Assembly: GCA_964202905.1 (NCBI GenBank)
Contig: CAXNJO010000014.1
Span: 1-64,000 of the forward strand
Reading direction: 5' to 3'
DNA from: Polyangiales bacterium
GTDB lineage: Bacteria; Myxococcota_A; Polyangia; Polyangiales; JADJQN01
Length of the DNA: 64,000 bases
Part shown: one piece after another, positions 53,193 to 63,255 of the stretch
Numbering within the stretch: the first letter of the stretch is position 1
How the letters are laid out: each line of letters begins with the position of its first letter
The notes under the pieces: generated by a model
What the model saw: only the letters and a program-made list of their open reading frames with translations
What the model was told of the DNA's origin: nothing
The model's database searches: none
Position numbers and translations under genes: made by a program

Positions 53193-54875
53193 GTGAACGC
53201 CCTGCGCCCTCTCCCGCCGCTGCGCGCGCTGCACCGGTCTTCCGCGCGGCGGCTGCGGGGCGCACTCGCGGCCGTGGTCCTCGCCGTGACCGGCTGCACC
53301 GGGCAGGTGCGGAGCCGCGCCCCGCTCGCCGCGGACGCGGGCATCGCGGAGGGCGGCGTGGGCGTGGACGCGGCGGCGCCCGATCTCGGGGTGCGCGCGG
53401 ATCTCGGCACGTCCGCGGACCTCGGCGTGCGTGCCGACCTGGGCGCGCCGCGTGACCTCGGCGGCGCGGACGCCGCGACGTCGATGGACCTCGGACCTGG
53501 GCCCGACGCAGCGCCGCCCACGGGCACCGGACGCCTGCGCGAAGGCGTGACGCTGAGCGGCCTCGCGCTCTTCCAGGGCACGCGGATCGGGCTCGCGGCG
53601 GGCGGCCTCGTGACCACGACGCGCAACGCGCCGATCGTGGCGCAGCGCGACGCGCTCGTGCGCGCCTACGTCACCGTGACCGCGCCGACGACGGTGACGG
53701 GCGAGCTCGAGATCCGCGAGAGCGGGCGCGTGGTCGCGATCCACACGGACACACGCGCGATCGCCCGCAGCTCGCGCGACGACGACCCGACCTCGGTGCT
53801 CGAGTTTCGCGTGCCCGCGGCGCAGCTCACGACGACGGCGAGCCTCGTCGCGCGGCTCGTCGATCCCGCCGGGACGCCCGAGACCGCCGCGCCGCACCCC
53901 GCGCGTCTGCCGCGCGACGGCGCCGGCCTCGCGATGGGCGCCGAGGACGACGGCGCCGGGCTCACGCTCGTGCTCGTCCCGCTGCGCTGGGACACGGACC
54001 GGAGCGGGCGCCTCCCCAACACCTCGGACGCGTGGATCGCGCAGGTGCGGGCGCTGCTGCTCGCGCTCTATCCGCTCGTCGACGTGCGGATCACGGTGCA
54101 TGCGCCCGTCGCCTGGTCCGACCCGCTGACGCTCTTCGGGAACGTGGATTTCGGCGACATCAACGCGATGTTGCGGGATCTGCGCGTGTCCGACGGCGCA
54201 TCGAACGCCGCGTACTACTACGCGCTCGTCGCGCCCGCGGCCTCGTACACCGCGTATTGCGGGGGTTCGTGCGTGACCGGGCAGAGCTACGTCGTCGATG
54301 ATCCGGCGGATGGCACGTTCCGCGTCGGCAGCGGCGTGGACTTCGGCAGCGAGGATTCGGCGTGGACGCTCGCGCACGAGCTCGGTCACGAGTTCGGCCG
54401 CTACCACGCGCCGTGCGACACCTCGGGCGCGGACGGCGCGTATCCCTACGCGGGCGGCGACATCGGTACGTGGGGCTGGGACGTGCGCGACGGCGCGTTC
54501 CAGGCGCCCGGCGCGACGACGGATTTCATGGGCTATTGCGCCCCAACCTGGATCAGCGATTACACGTGGTCGGCGCTCTTCGCGCGCACGCTCGCGACGA
54601 GCGCGCTCTCGAGGCGGACGCCGACGGCGACGCTGCTCGTGCGGCTCGGCGCTGAAAGCGGGGCGATCGTCGAGGGGCTCCGCACGCTCGTGCCGCCGCG
54701 CACACGCGCGCGCATCGAGTACGCGTGGCTCGCGGGGTCCCGCACGCTGCCGGGTGGCACCGCGCCCGTGGTGACACAGTCGCACTCCGACGAGCGCCTC
54801 GTCGTGCTGCCCGCGCCGCCGCCCGACGCGGACGCCGTGCGCGTCGACGGAATCACCGTCTCGTTCGCGCGCTGA
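53193..54875 (+). CDS. Zinc metallopeptidase lipoprotein (M66/reprolysin-like)
   Basis: Lipobox VTGC, HELGHEFGRYHAPC, YPY.GG.IGTWGWD, DFMGYC (Met-turn), WISDYT. Confidence 0.82.
   Translation: MNALRPLPPLRALHRSSARRLRGALAAVVLAVTGCTGQVRSRAPLAADAGIAEGGVGVDAAAPDLGVRADLGTSADLGVRADLGAPRDLGGADAATSMDLGPGPDAAPPTGTGRLREGVTLSGLALFQGTRIGLAAGGLVTTTRNAPIVAQRDALVRAYVTVTAPTTVTGELEIRESGRVVAIHTDTRAIARSSRDDDPTSVLEFRVPAAQLTTTASLVARLVDPAGTPETAAPHPARLPRDGAGLAMGAEDDGAGLTLVLVPLRWDTDRSGRLPNTSDAWIAQVRALLLALYPLVDVRITVHAPVAWSDPLTLFGNVDFGDINAMLRDLRVSDGASNAAYYYALVAPAASYTAYCGGSCVTGQSYVVDDPADGTFRVGSGVDFGSEDSAWTLAHELGHEFGRYHAPCDTSGADGAYPYAGGDIGTWGWDVRDGAFQAPGATTDFMGYCAPTWISDYTWSALFARTLATSALSRRTPTATLLVRLGAESGAIVEGLRTLVPPRTRARIEYAWLAGSRTLPGGTAPVVTQSHSDERLVVLPAPPPDADAVRVDGITVSFAR
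53382..53462 (+). repeat. Intragenic 18-bp tandem repeat (DLGxxx, about 4.5 copies)
   Basis: DLGVRA-DLGTSA-DLGVRA-DLGAPR-DLG. Confidence 0.7.
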
Positions 54876-54926
54876 CCGTCCGCACGCAGACACGCCGCCG
54901 CGCAGCGCACGCGCGGCGCGCCGCGA

Positions 54927-55648
<722 letters not shown>

Positions 55649-55652
<4 letters not shown>

Positions 55653-56458
55653 GCGTGCGTCCCCGCGGCCGCGCCCGCTTCATCGGCGCGCACGTCCGCG
55701 CCGAGATAGGCGCGCAGCACCTCGGGGTGGTTGCGCACGTGGTCGGGGGTGCCGTCGGCGATGGTCTCGCCGTGATCGACGCAGTGCACGTGATCGCAGA
55801 CGTTCATCACGACCTGCATGTTGTGCTCGACGAGGACGACCGTGAGACCGAGCGAGTCGCGCAGCCAGCGGATCTGCTCTTTGAGCTTGTCGGCCTCGCT
55901 CGAGTTGAGCCCGGCGGCGGGCTCGTCGAGGAGGATGAGCTTCGGGTCGAGCATCAGCGCACGCGCGATCTCGAGGCGACGCTGCGCGCCGTAGGGCAGC
56001 GAGCCCGCGTCCTCGTCGCGCTGCGCGAGCAGGCCGAAGAGCTCGAGCAGCTCCTCGGCGCGCTTCACCATCGCGCGCTCCTCCGCCGCGTAGCGCGCGG
56101 TGCGCAGGATCGCGCCGAAGAGCCCCGCACGCCGCCGCTGGAAGGAGGCGACGAGCACGTTCTCGAGCACGCTCATCTCGCCGGCGATGCGGATGTTCTG
56201 GAAGGTGCGGGCGATGCCGGCGCGCGCGATGCGGAAGGGCTTCCAGCCGCCGATCGACTCACCACCGAAGGCGATGGTGCCGCCATCGGGCGCGTAGACG
56301 CCGGTGACGACGTTGAAGAGCGTCGTCTTGCCGGCGCCGTTCGGGCCGATGAGGCCGTAGATCTGCTTCTCGCGGACCTCGAACGAGACGCCGCCGATCG
56401 CGCGCAGGCCGCCGAAGACCTTCTCGACGCCCTGGAGGCGCAGCAGCGGGGCGCTCAC
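55649..56458 (-). CDS. livG: Branched-chain amino acid ABC transporter ATPase
   Basis: GPNGAGKTT, ARTFQN, LPYGAQRRLEIARAL, DEPAAG. Confidence 0.95.
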
Positions 56459-57456
56459 TTCGCGCTCCCGCCGAGCCGCGCGCGCAGCCAGCCGAGCGAG
56501 AGCTCGCGCCGTCCGAGGAAGCCCTCCGGACGTAGCAACATGGTTGCGATGAGCAGCAGCGAGTACGCGATGAGCCGGAACTGCTGGGCCTCGCGGAGCA
56601 GCTCGAGGAGCACGGTGATCGCCACCGCGCCGAGCACCGCACCCGAGATGCTCCCGAGGCCGCCGACGATGATCATCACGATGACCTCGATCGAGCGGTC
56701 GAACTTGAAGTCGTCGGGGCGGACGCTGCCGTTCATGTGGCCGTAGAGCCCACCCGCGATGCCCGCGGCCATCGACGAGACGACGAAGGCGATGACCTTG
56801 AGGCGCGTCGTCGGCAGGCCGATGGACTCGGCGCTGATCTCGTCCTCGCGGATCTGCGCGAGCGCGCGGCCGTACGACGAGCGCGTGAGGCTCGTGACGA
56901 CGACGACGACGAGCGCGGCCCACGCGAACACCTGGAAGAAGCTCGAATAGACGGGGAGGCCGAGGGCGCGGCCGCCGCTGTAGCCCGTCGCGCCGCCGAG
57001 CGACTCGGCGTTGTTGAAGACGAGGCGGATGATCTCACCGAAGCCGAGCGTGACGATCGCGAGGTAGTCGCCGCGCAGGCGCAGGCTCGGCGCGCCGACG
57101 AGCATGCCCGCGAGCCCCGCGAGCGACGCGGCGACGAGCAGCCCCGCAGTGAGCACGAGCCCGTGCGCGAGGGGGCCCGGGAGCCCGGCGAGCGCGGGCG
57201 TGAACGCGTCCTCGAGGCCGATCACGGTGACCGCGCAGCCATAGGCGCCGACGGCCATGAAGCCCGCGTGACCGATCGAGAACTGGCCCGTCGTGCCGTT
57301 GATGAGGTTGAGCCCCACCGCGAGGATCACGTTGATCCCGCACTGCAGGATGATCCGGCCGACGTAGTCGCTCGCCGTCGTCTCGACGATCCATCCGACG
57401 CCCGCGAGGACGGCGAGGACCAGGGCCGCGAGGCCGATGCGCTGGAGCCAGATCAC
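56455..57456 (-). CDS. livM: Branched-chain amino acid ABC transporter permease
   Basis: GQFSIGHAGF, LRLRGDYLAIVTLGFGE, IVGGLGS. Confidence 0.95.
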   Translation of the reverse strand: MIWLQRIGLAALVLAVLAGVGWIVETTASDYVGRIILQCGINVILAVGLNLINGTTGQFSIGHAGFMAVGAYGCAVTVIGLEDAFTPALAGLPGPLAHGLVLTAGLLVAASLAGLAGMLVGAPSLRLRGDYLAIVTLGFGEIIRLVFNNAESLGGATGYSGGRALGLPVYSSFFQVFAWAALVVVVVTSLTRSSYGRALAQIREDEISAESIGLPTTRLKVIAFVVSSMAAGIAGGLYGHMNGSVRPDDFKFDRSIEVIVMIIVGGLGSISGAVLGAVAITVLLELLREAQQFRLIAYSLLLIATMLLRPEGFLGRRELSLGWLRARLGGSAK

Positions 57457-57553
57457 GTGGTGGGTCGCGGGGGGACCCGCGCCGCGCAGGTATCACACGG
57501 GAGCGCGCCGCGATGCAACGGCGATCGCGGCGCGCGCTGGTAGAGTCGCGCGG

Positions 57554-58399
57554 ATGACGACGACGCCCGACGCCGCGCCCGCTCTCCGACGCTTCGGCCG
57601 CACCGCGCAGGAGGTGCCCGTGATCGGGCAGGGGACGTGGCAGATGGAGCGCGACGCCCGCGCGACGTGCATCGAGGCCCTGCGCGCGGGGCTCGACCTC
57701 GGGCTGACGCACCTCGACACCGCGGAGCTCTACGGCGACGGCCGCGTCGAGACGCTCGTCGGCGAGGCCATCGCGGGGCGGCGCGACGCGGTGTTCCTCG
57801 TCTCGAAGGTGAAGCCCAACAACGCGGGGAGATTCGGGGCGATCGAAGCGTGCGAGCGCAGCCTGAAGCGGCTCGGCACCGATCGGCTCGACTGTTATCT
57901 GCTGCACTGGCGCGGGCCGGTGCCGCTCGCGGAGACGCTCGAGGCCTTCGAGCGGCTCGAGACCGCGGGCAAGATCCGCAGCTGGGGCGTGAGCAACTTC
58001 GACGTCGCGGACCTCGAGGAGGCCGAGCGCCTCGTCGGGCCGGGGCGCATCGCGTGCAACCAGGTGCTCTACCACCCGGAGGACCGCGCGATCGAAGTGG
58101 GCGTGCTCCCGTGGTGCGAGGCGCGCGGGATCGCCGTCGTCGGCTACAGCCCCTTCGGCTCGCGGGGCGGCTTCCCCGCGTCGGACTCGCCGCGCGGCCG
58201 CGCGCTCGACGCCGTCGCGACGAAGCACGGCGTCAGCGCGCGCCAGGTCGTGCTCGCGTGGGTGTCGCGCACCCCGGCGCTCCTCGCGATCCCCAAGGCC
58301 TCGCGGCCGGAGCACGTGCGCGACAACGCGCGCGCGCTGCGGCTCGCGCTCGACGCGGACGACCTCGCGGCGCTCGAACGCGCCTTCCCGCTCCGCTGA
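57554..58399 (+). CDS. Aldo/keto reductase
   Basis: IGQGTW, DTAELY, LVSKV, YLLHW, GVSNF, NQVLY, IPKAS. Confidence 0.95.
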   Translation: MTTTPDAAPALRRFGRTAQEVPVIGQGTWQMERDARATCIEALRAGLDLGLTHLDTAELYGDGRVETLVGEAIAGRRDAVFLVSKVKPNNAGRFGAIEACERSLKRLGTDRLDCYLLHWRGPVPLAETLEAFERLETAGKIRSWGVSNFDVADLEEAERLVGPGRIACNQVLYHPEDRAIEVGVLPWCEARGIAVVGYSPFGSRGGFPASDSPRGRALDAVATKHGVSARQVVLAWVSRTPALLAIPKASRPEHVRDNARALRLALDADDLAALERAFPLR

Positions 58400-58429
58400 G
58401 CGGCGAGCCCCGCGCGTGGCGCGAAGTGG

Positions 58430-60613
58430 TTAAACCTTTTCCTGCCGCACGACGCCGAGGAGTCCCTGCGGCCGGAAGAGCAGCACGCCCACGAGGATCA
58501 CGAAGGTGATCGCGTCGCGGTAGTCGGCCGAGAGGTAGCCCGCGGTGAGCTGCTCGGCGAGGCCGATGAGCAGGCCGCCGAGCACCGCGCCCGGGATGTT
58601 GCCGATGCCGCCGAGCACCGCGGCGACGAAGGCCTTGAGGCCGATGAGGACGCCCATCATCGGCTCGATCTTCGTCTGATCGAGGCCGAAGAGGACGCCG
58701 CCCGCAGCCGCGAGCGCGGAGCCGAGCGCGAAGGTGACAGCGAGATGGTGCGGTCGACGGGGACGCCCATCAGCCGCGCGGCCGTCGGGGTTGACGGCGA
58801 CCGCGCGCATCGCCTTGCCCGTCCACGTCTTCTTCACGAAGCGATCGAGGCCGATCATCAGCGCGATCGAGACGCCGAAGATCACGAGCTTCACGTTGGT
58901 GATCACGACGCCCCCGATCTCGAAGCGCGACTCGGCGACGATCGAGGGGAAGCTGCGCGGCGTCGCGCTGAACACGAAGACGCCGAGGTTCTGCAAGAGC
59001 AGCGAGACGCCGATCGCCGTGATGAGCGGCGTGAGCCGCGGCGCGTTGCGCACGGGGCGGTAGGCGAGCCGCTCGATCGTGACGCCGAGGAGGGCGGCGG
59101 CGACCATCGCGAAGACGAGCACCGCGAACGCGGCCGCGATCGGGAAGGGCAGCCCCTGCCGGTAGCCGAGCCAGTTCGCGCAGTAGAAGCCGGCGAACGC
59201 GCTCATCATGAAGACCTCGCTGTGCGCGAAGTTGATGAGGCCGAGCACGCCGTAGACCATCGTGTAGCCGAGCGCGATGAGCGCGTAGATGCTGCCGGCG
59301 CTGAGGCCGTTGACGAGCTGCTGGAAGAAGACGCCGAGGCCGCCGCCGCTCGGGCGCTGGCGCGACGGATCCGCGATGCGGTCGGGCGTCGCATCGGCCG
59401 CGGCCGCGAGCGTGTCGGCGGAGACCGGCTCGACGGTCGTCTCGAAGACGTCACCGCCCGGCGCGACCCGCAGCACGACCGCAGGCTTGATGGGGTTGCG
59501 CGTCGCCGGGTCCATCGTGATGACACCCGTGACGCCCGCGAAATCGCGCGTCTTCGCGAGCTCGACGCGGATCGCACGCGGCGTGAGCTCGGGGGCGCGG
59601 CGCATCGCATCGAAGAGCATCATCGCCGCGTCGTAGCCCTGCGCGGCGAGCGAGGTCGGAGGCTCGCCGTGGCGCTGGCGGTAACGCGCGATGAAGCTGC
59701 GCGCGCGCGGGCTCGGGTTGTCGGGGGCGAAGTGGTTCGAGTAGTAGCTGCCGAGGATGTCGGGCCCGCCGATCTCGCGGAGCTGCGGCGAGTCCCAGCC
59801 GTCGCCGCCGAGGAGCGTCGCCTGCAGGCCGAGCCGCTTGGCCTGGCGCGCGATGTTGCCGACGTCGCCGTAGTAACCGGGGATGAAGATGGCCTCGGGC
59901 GCGGCGGACTTCATCGAGGTGAGCTGCGCGCCGAAGTCGGTGTCGCCCGCGCTGTAGCTCTGCTCGGCGACGATCTGCCCGCCGGTGCGGCGGAACTCGT
60001 CGACGAAGGCGCGCGCGAGGCCCACGGAGTAGTCGTTGCGCACGTCGCGGAAGACCGCGACGCGCGTGTAATGCATGTGATCGGCCGCGAAACGCGCCAT
60101 CACGTAGCCCTGGAAGGGGTCGATGAAGCAGACGCGGAAGACCTGATCGCCGATCTGCGTGACGGCCTCGTTCGTCGAGGACGGCGAGATCATCGGCACA
60201 CCCTTGCGCTGGCAGATGCGCCCGCCGACGAGCGAGAGCGACGACGCGACCTCGCCGAGCACCGCGACCGCGCCCTCGACGTCGATGAGGCGCGTGACGG
60301 CGTTGCCCGCCTCGTCCGCCTTGCCCTGCGTGTCGAGGACGACGAGCGACACGGGCTTCCCGCGGACGCCGCCGGCGTGGTTCACGTCCTCGAAGGCCAT
60401 GTCGAAGCCGCGCTTGGTCTGCGTGCCGAAGTCGGCCGTCGCGCCCGTCATCGAGAGGTAGGCGCCGACCGTCAGGCCCTCGCGCGACTTGCACCCGGCG
60501 CCACCCCACGGGGCGAGCGCGAGGACGGCCGCGAGGGTCGCGACGACGGCGGGCGCGCGGCGCAGCAGGCGCGTGGCGCGCGGCGGGCGTGGAGCGGAGA
60601 TCGGGGCAGGCAC
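58430..60613 (-). CDS. Fused LivK-type substrate-binding protein + LivH permease
   Basis: Lipobox-like GAGC, type I periplasmic-binding fold (FRVCFIDPFQG, GGDGW, GYDA), linker, then QQLVNGLSAGSIYALIALGYTMVYG LivH; local compensating frameshift at about 58745-58785. Confidence 0.85.
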   Translation of the reverse strand: MPAPISAPRPPRATRLLRRAPAVVATLAAVLALAPWGGAGCKSREGLTVGAYLSMTGATADFGTQTKRGFDMAFEDVNHAGGVRGKPVSLVVLDTQGKADEAGNAVTRLIDVEGAVAVLGEVASSLSLVGGRICQRKGVPMISPSSTNEAVTQIGDQVFRVCFIDPFQGYVMARFAADHMHYTRVAVFRDVRNDYSVGLARAFVDEFRRTGGQIVAEQSYSAGDTDFGAQLTSMKSAAPEAIFIPGYYGDVGNIARQAKRLGLQATLLGGDGWDSPQLREIGGPDILGSYYSNHFAPDNPSPRARSFIARYRQRHGEPPTSLAAQGYDAAMMLFDAMRRAPELTPRAIRVELAKTRDFAGVTGVITMDPATRNPIKPAVVLRVAPGGDVFETTVEPVSADTLAAAADATPDRIADPSRQRPSGGGLGVFFQQLVNGLSAGSIYALIALGYTMVYGVLGLINFAHSEVFMMSAFAGFYCANWLGYRQGLPFPIAAAFAVLVFAMVAAALLGVTIERLAYRPVRNAPRLTPLITAIGVSLLLQNLGVFVFSATPRSFPSIVAESRFEIGGVVITNVKLVIFGVSIALMIGLDRFVKKTWTGKAMRAVAVNPDGRAADGRPRRPHHLAVTFALGSALAAAGGVLFGLDQTKIEPMMGVLIGLKAFVAAVLGGIGNIPGAVLGGLLIGLAEQLTAGYLSADYRDAITFVILVGVLLFRPQGLLGVVRQEKV

Positions 60614-60703
60614 CGGCCGACGTATCCCACGGGGCGCGCGCCCGAGGCAATGGGCGAAGCGGTGCCCTTCCCCTCGCCGGATCCGCTCTGCTATACGCGC
60701 GCC

Positions 60704-61336
60704 GTGGCCTTCTTCGAGTGGATCCTGCACACCCTCCGCGACCCGGGCGACCTGATCCGCTGGGGCGGCTACCCCGCCCTCACCGCGATCATCTTCCTCG
60801 AGACGGGCGCGATGGTGTTCTTCCTCCCGGGGGACTCGCTCCTCTTCGTCGCGGGGCTCTTCGCGGGGCGCGGTGACCTCGACATCCTGCTGCTGCAGGC
60901 GCTGCTGATCCCCGCCGCGATCCTCGGCGACGCGACGTCGTACACGCTCGGCAAGCGGCTCGGGCCCGCGATCTTCCGCAAGCAGGAGTCACGCTTCTTC
61001 AAGCCCTCGCACGTCGAGGCCGCGCAGAAGTTCTACGAGAAGCACGGCGGCAAGGCGATCGTGATCGCGCGCTTCATGCCGCTCGTGAGGACCTTCGTGC
61101 CCGTCGTCGCGGGCGTCGCGAAGATGCGGTACCGCGACTTCGTGATGTTCAACGTGGCGGGCGCCGCGGCGTGGATCGTGTCGATGACGCTGATGGGCTA
61201 CTTCCTCGGGCAGTTCGAGTGGGTGGGCAAGCACGTCGAGAAGATCATCATCGCGATCGTGCTGCTCTCCGTCGCGCCCGGCCTGCTCGAGTGGTGGAAG
61301 CACCGCCGCGCGCAGCCCGCGCCGTCCGCCGACTGA
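60704..61336 (+). CDS. DedA/VTT family membrane protein
   Basis: FLETG..FFLPGDSLL, ILGD, ARFMP.VRTFVP..AG. Confidence 0.93.
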   Translation: MAFFEWILHTLRDPGDLIRWGGYPALTAIIFLETGAMVFFLPGDSLLFVAGLFAGRGDLDILLLQALLIPAAILGDATSYTLGKRLGPAIFRKQESRFFKPSHVEAAQKFYEKHGGKAIVIARFMPLVRTFVPVVAGVAKMRYRDFVMFNVAGAAAWIVSMTLMGYFLGQFEWVGKHVEKIIIAIVLLSVAPGLLEWWKHRRAQPAPSAD

Positions 61337-61371
61337 ATTACGGTTCAGTGACCGCGGCGCGCGACGGAACG

Positions 61372-61407
61372 ACGAAGGCCCCGCGGGTCGCCCTGCGAGG
61401 CCTTCGA
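61372..61407. terminator. Hairpin between convergent dedA and RRM genes
   Basis: CGAAGGCC...GGCCTTCG inverted repeat. Confidence 0.55.
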
Positions 61408-61442
61408 GTCGTGACGCGCGCCCCGGGGGACGCGCCGCGCGA

Positions 61443-61875
61443 TCACCAGCGGCCGCCGCCGCCGCCCTCGCCGCGACCGCCGCCGCCGCTAGCCGCCGCC
61501 GCCGCGACCGCCGCCGCCGCGACCGGCCGCCGCCGCTGACCGCCGCCGCCACCGCCGCCGCCGCCGTCAGCCGCCGCCACCGCCGCCGTAGCCGCCGCGA
61601 CCGCCGCCGCCGCCGCCGCGATCCTCGCGCGGACGCGCGACGTTGACCTGGATGGTGCGGCCGTCGACGGTCTGGCCGTCGAGCGCCTCGATCGCCGCCT
61701 GCGCCTCACCGTCGCTCGACATCTCGACGAACGCGAAGCCGCGCGAGCGGCCCGTGTCGCGATCGCTGACGATGGTCGCGCGGGTGACCGTACCGTGCGC
61801 CGAAAAGAGGTCGCTGAGGTCATCTTCGGTGGTGCGGAACGAGATATTGCCGACGTAGAGCTTGTTGTTCGACAT
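61443..61875 (-). CDS. RRM RNA-binding protein with Gly/Arg-rich tail (tail frame-disrupted)
   Basis: KLYVGNI (RNP2), [10 protein letters not shown] (RNP1). The GGC-rich tail continues past the stop at 61567 to ...GGGGRW* at 61443. Confidence 0.9.
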
Positions 61876-62037
61876 GATGCGGGTCTTTCTCGGGCTGCCT
61901 GACGGGTCTGTGCTGCGCTGGCCAGCGTTCCGTGGAGCGAGCCCGAAAATCCGCCGACGATCGACGAGGGGTCCGTCGACCGCGCGCGCCGGGAGCTTTC
62001 TCCTGGAACGTGCATCCGACCTCGGATGCGAGCACGA

Positions 62038-63255
62038 CTATCGACCGCGGCGCGCCCGTCCGCAAGTCCGTGACCGCCCCGCGCGGGCCAGCAGGAGGAG
62101 CGCGACGAGGCCGAGCGCAGCCTTCCAAGTGCCCGAAAACGGGGTGCGCGGCGCGATCCGGCAGCCGCAGCCACCCTCGAGCGCGAAGCGCTTCGCGCCG
62201 CCCGTCGCCGCGCCGTCCGCGGGGACGCGCGCATCGAGCGTGGGCGCGGCGCCATCGAGCCCCGTCGCAGGGCCGAGGTCCGCAGGCGGCGGGCAGGCCG
62301 GGTCCCCGTCCGCGCAGTCCTGATCGCGGCCGTCGCCGCAGGGGTCGGGCGCACCGGGGAACACGGCCGCGTCGGCGTCGTCGCAGTCGATGTCCGCGCG
62401 CGCGCCGTCGCCGTCCGCGTCGGGCGGCTCCGCGCAGAGGTCGTCGACGCCCACCGGCATGGACACGCAGCCGTAGGGACACGGCTCGACCATGTCGGCG
62501 CCGTCGATGCAGCGACGGCGCTGGGTGCGCGCGCCATCGCACGTCCAGATCGCGTAGGTGCCGAACGGGCACGTGGGGGGCGGCGTCGCGCCGTCGCACG
62601 TCGCGTCCGGCAGACCGCGGTAGGGGCCCTGCCCCGTCCAGACGCTGCGCGCGAGCGGCGAGCACGAGCCCGCGAAGGGATCGTAGGCCGTGAGGTATCC
62701 GCCCGTCGGCGGGCGCGTCTCGAAGTGCACGTGCGCGCCCGTCGTGCAGCCCGAGGAGCCGATCTGCCCGACCACCTGCCCGCACGTGACGCGATCGCCG
62801 ACGGCGACGCGCACGGAGCCCATGCGCATGTGCCCGTAAAACGCGCGATATCCGCCGTGATCGATGCCGACGTAGTTGCCGAAGCCCCCGCCGTACGCGG
62901 TGCCGCAGCGCCCATCCACGGAGGCGTCACAGGTGCGGCAGCGGTCGTAGTGGCCGTCCGAGGCGCTGATCACGACGCCGTCCGCGACCGCGACGAGGTC
63001 GTGGCCCACGTCGATCGCGCCGTTGCCGCCCGCGAGGCTGAAGTCGCTGCCGCGGTGCCCGTTGTAGCTGCTCGTGCCGCAGTTCCAGTCCTGCGTCGCG
63101 CCGCCCGAGTCTTCGTCGAAGTAGTACCAGCCGGCGATGCAGCGATCGCACGCGGTCGGCCGCCGGGCCGTCTGCGCGGACGCGACGGCTGCATGGGCAC
63201 CCAGCGCGAGGAGAAACACCGTCGCACAGAGAGCCTGCCGACGACGACGCCTCAT
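62038..63255 (-). CDS. M23 family peptidase with Cys-rich repeats, DCDD motif and MYXO-CTERM-like anchor
   Basis: Signal peptide, HRGSDF, YGHM, TTGAHVHFE, DADGDG..DCDD, C-terminal GGCGC + TM + basic tail. Confidence 0.88.
   Translation of the reverse strand: MRRRRRQALCATVFLLALGAHAAVASAQTARRPTACDRCIAGWYYFDEDSGGATQDWNCGTSSYNGHRGSDFSLAGGNGAIDVGHDLVAVADGVVISASDGHYDRCRTCDASVDGRCGTAYGGGFGNYVGIDHGGYRAFYGHMRMGSVRVAVGDRVTCGQVVGQIGSSGCTTGAHVHFETRPPTGGYLTAYDPFAGSCSPLARSVWTGQGPYRGLPDATCDGATPPPTCPFGTYAIWTCDGARTQRRRCIDGADMVEPCPYGCVSMPVGVDDLCAEPPDADGDGARADIDCDDADAAVFPGAPDPCGDGRDQDCADGDPACPPPADLGPATGLDGAAPTLDARVPADGAATGGAKRFALEGGCGCRIAPRTPFSGTWKAALGLVALLLLARAGRSRTCGRARRGR

Noticed and set aside
53382..53462. 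CRISPR-like array
   Set aside because: These are degenerate in-frame 18-bp coding repeats without spacers; no CRISPR array or cas gene was found in the window.
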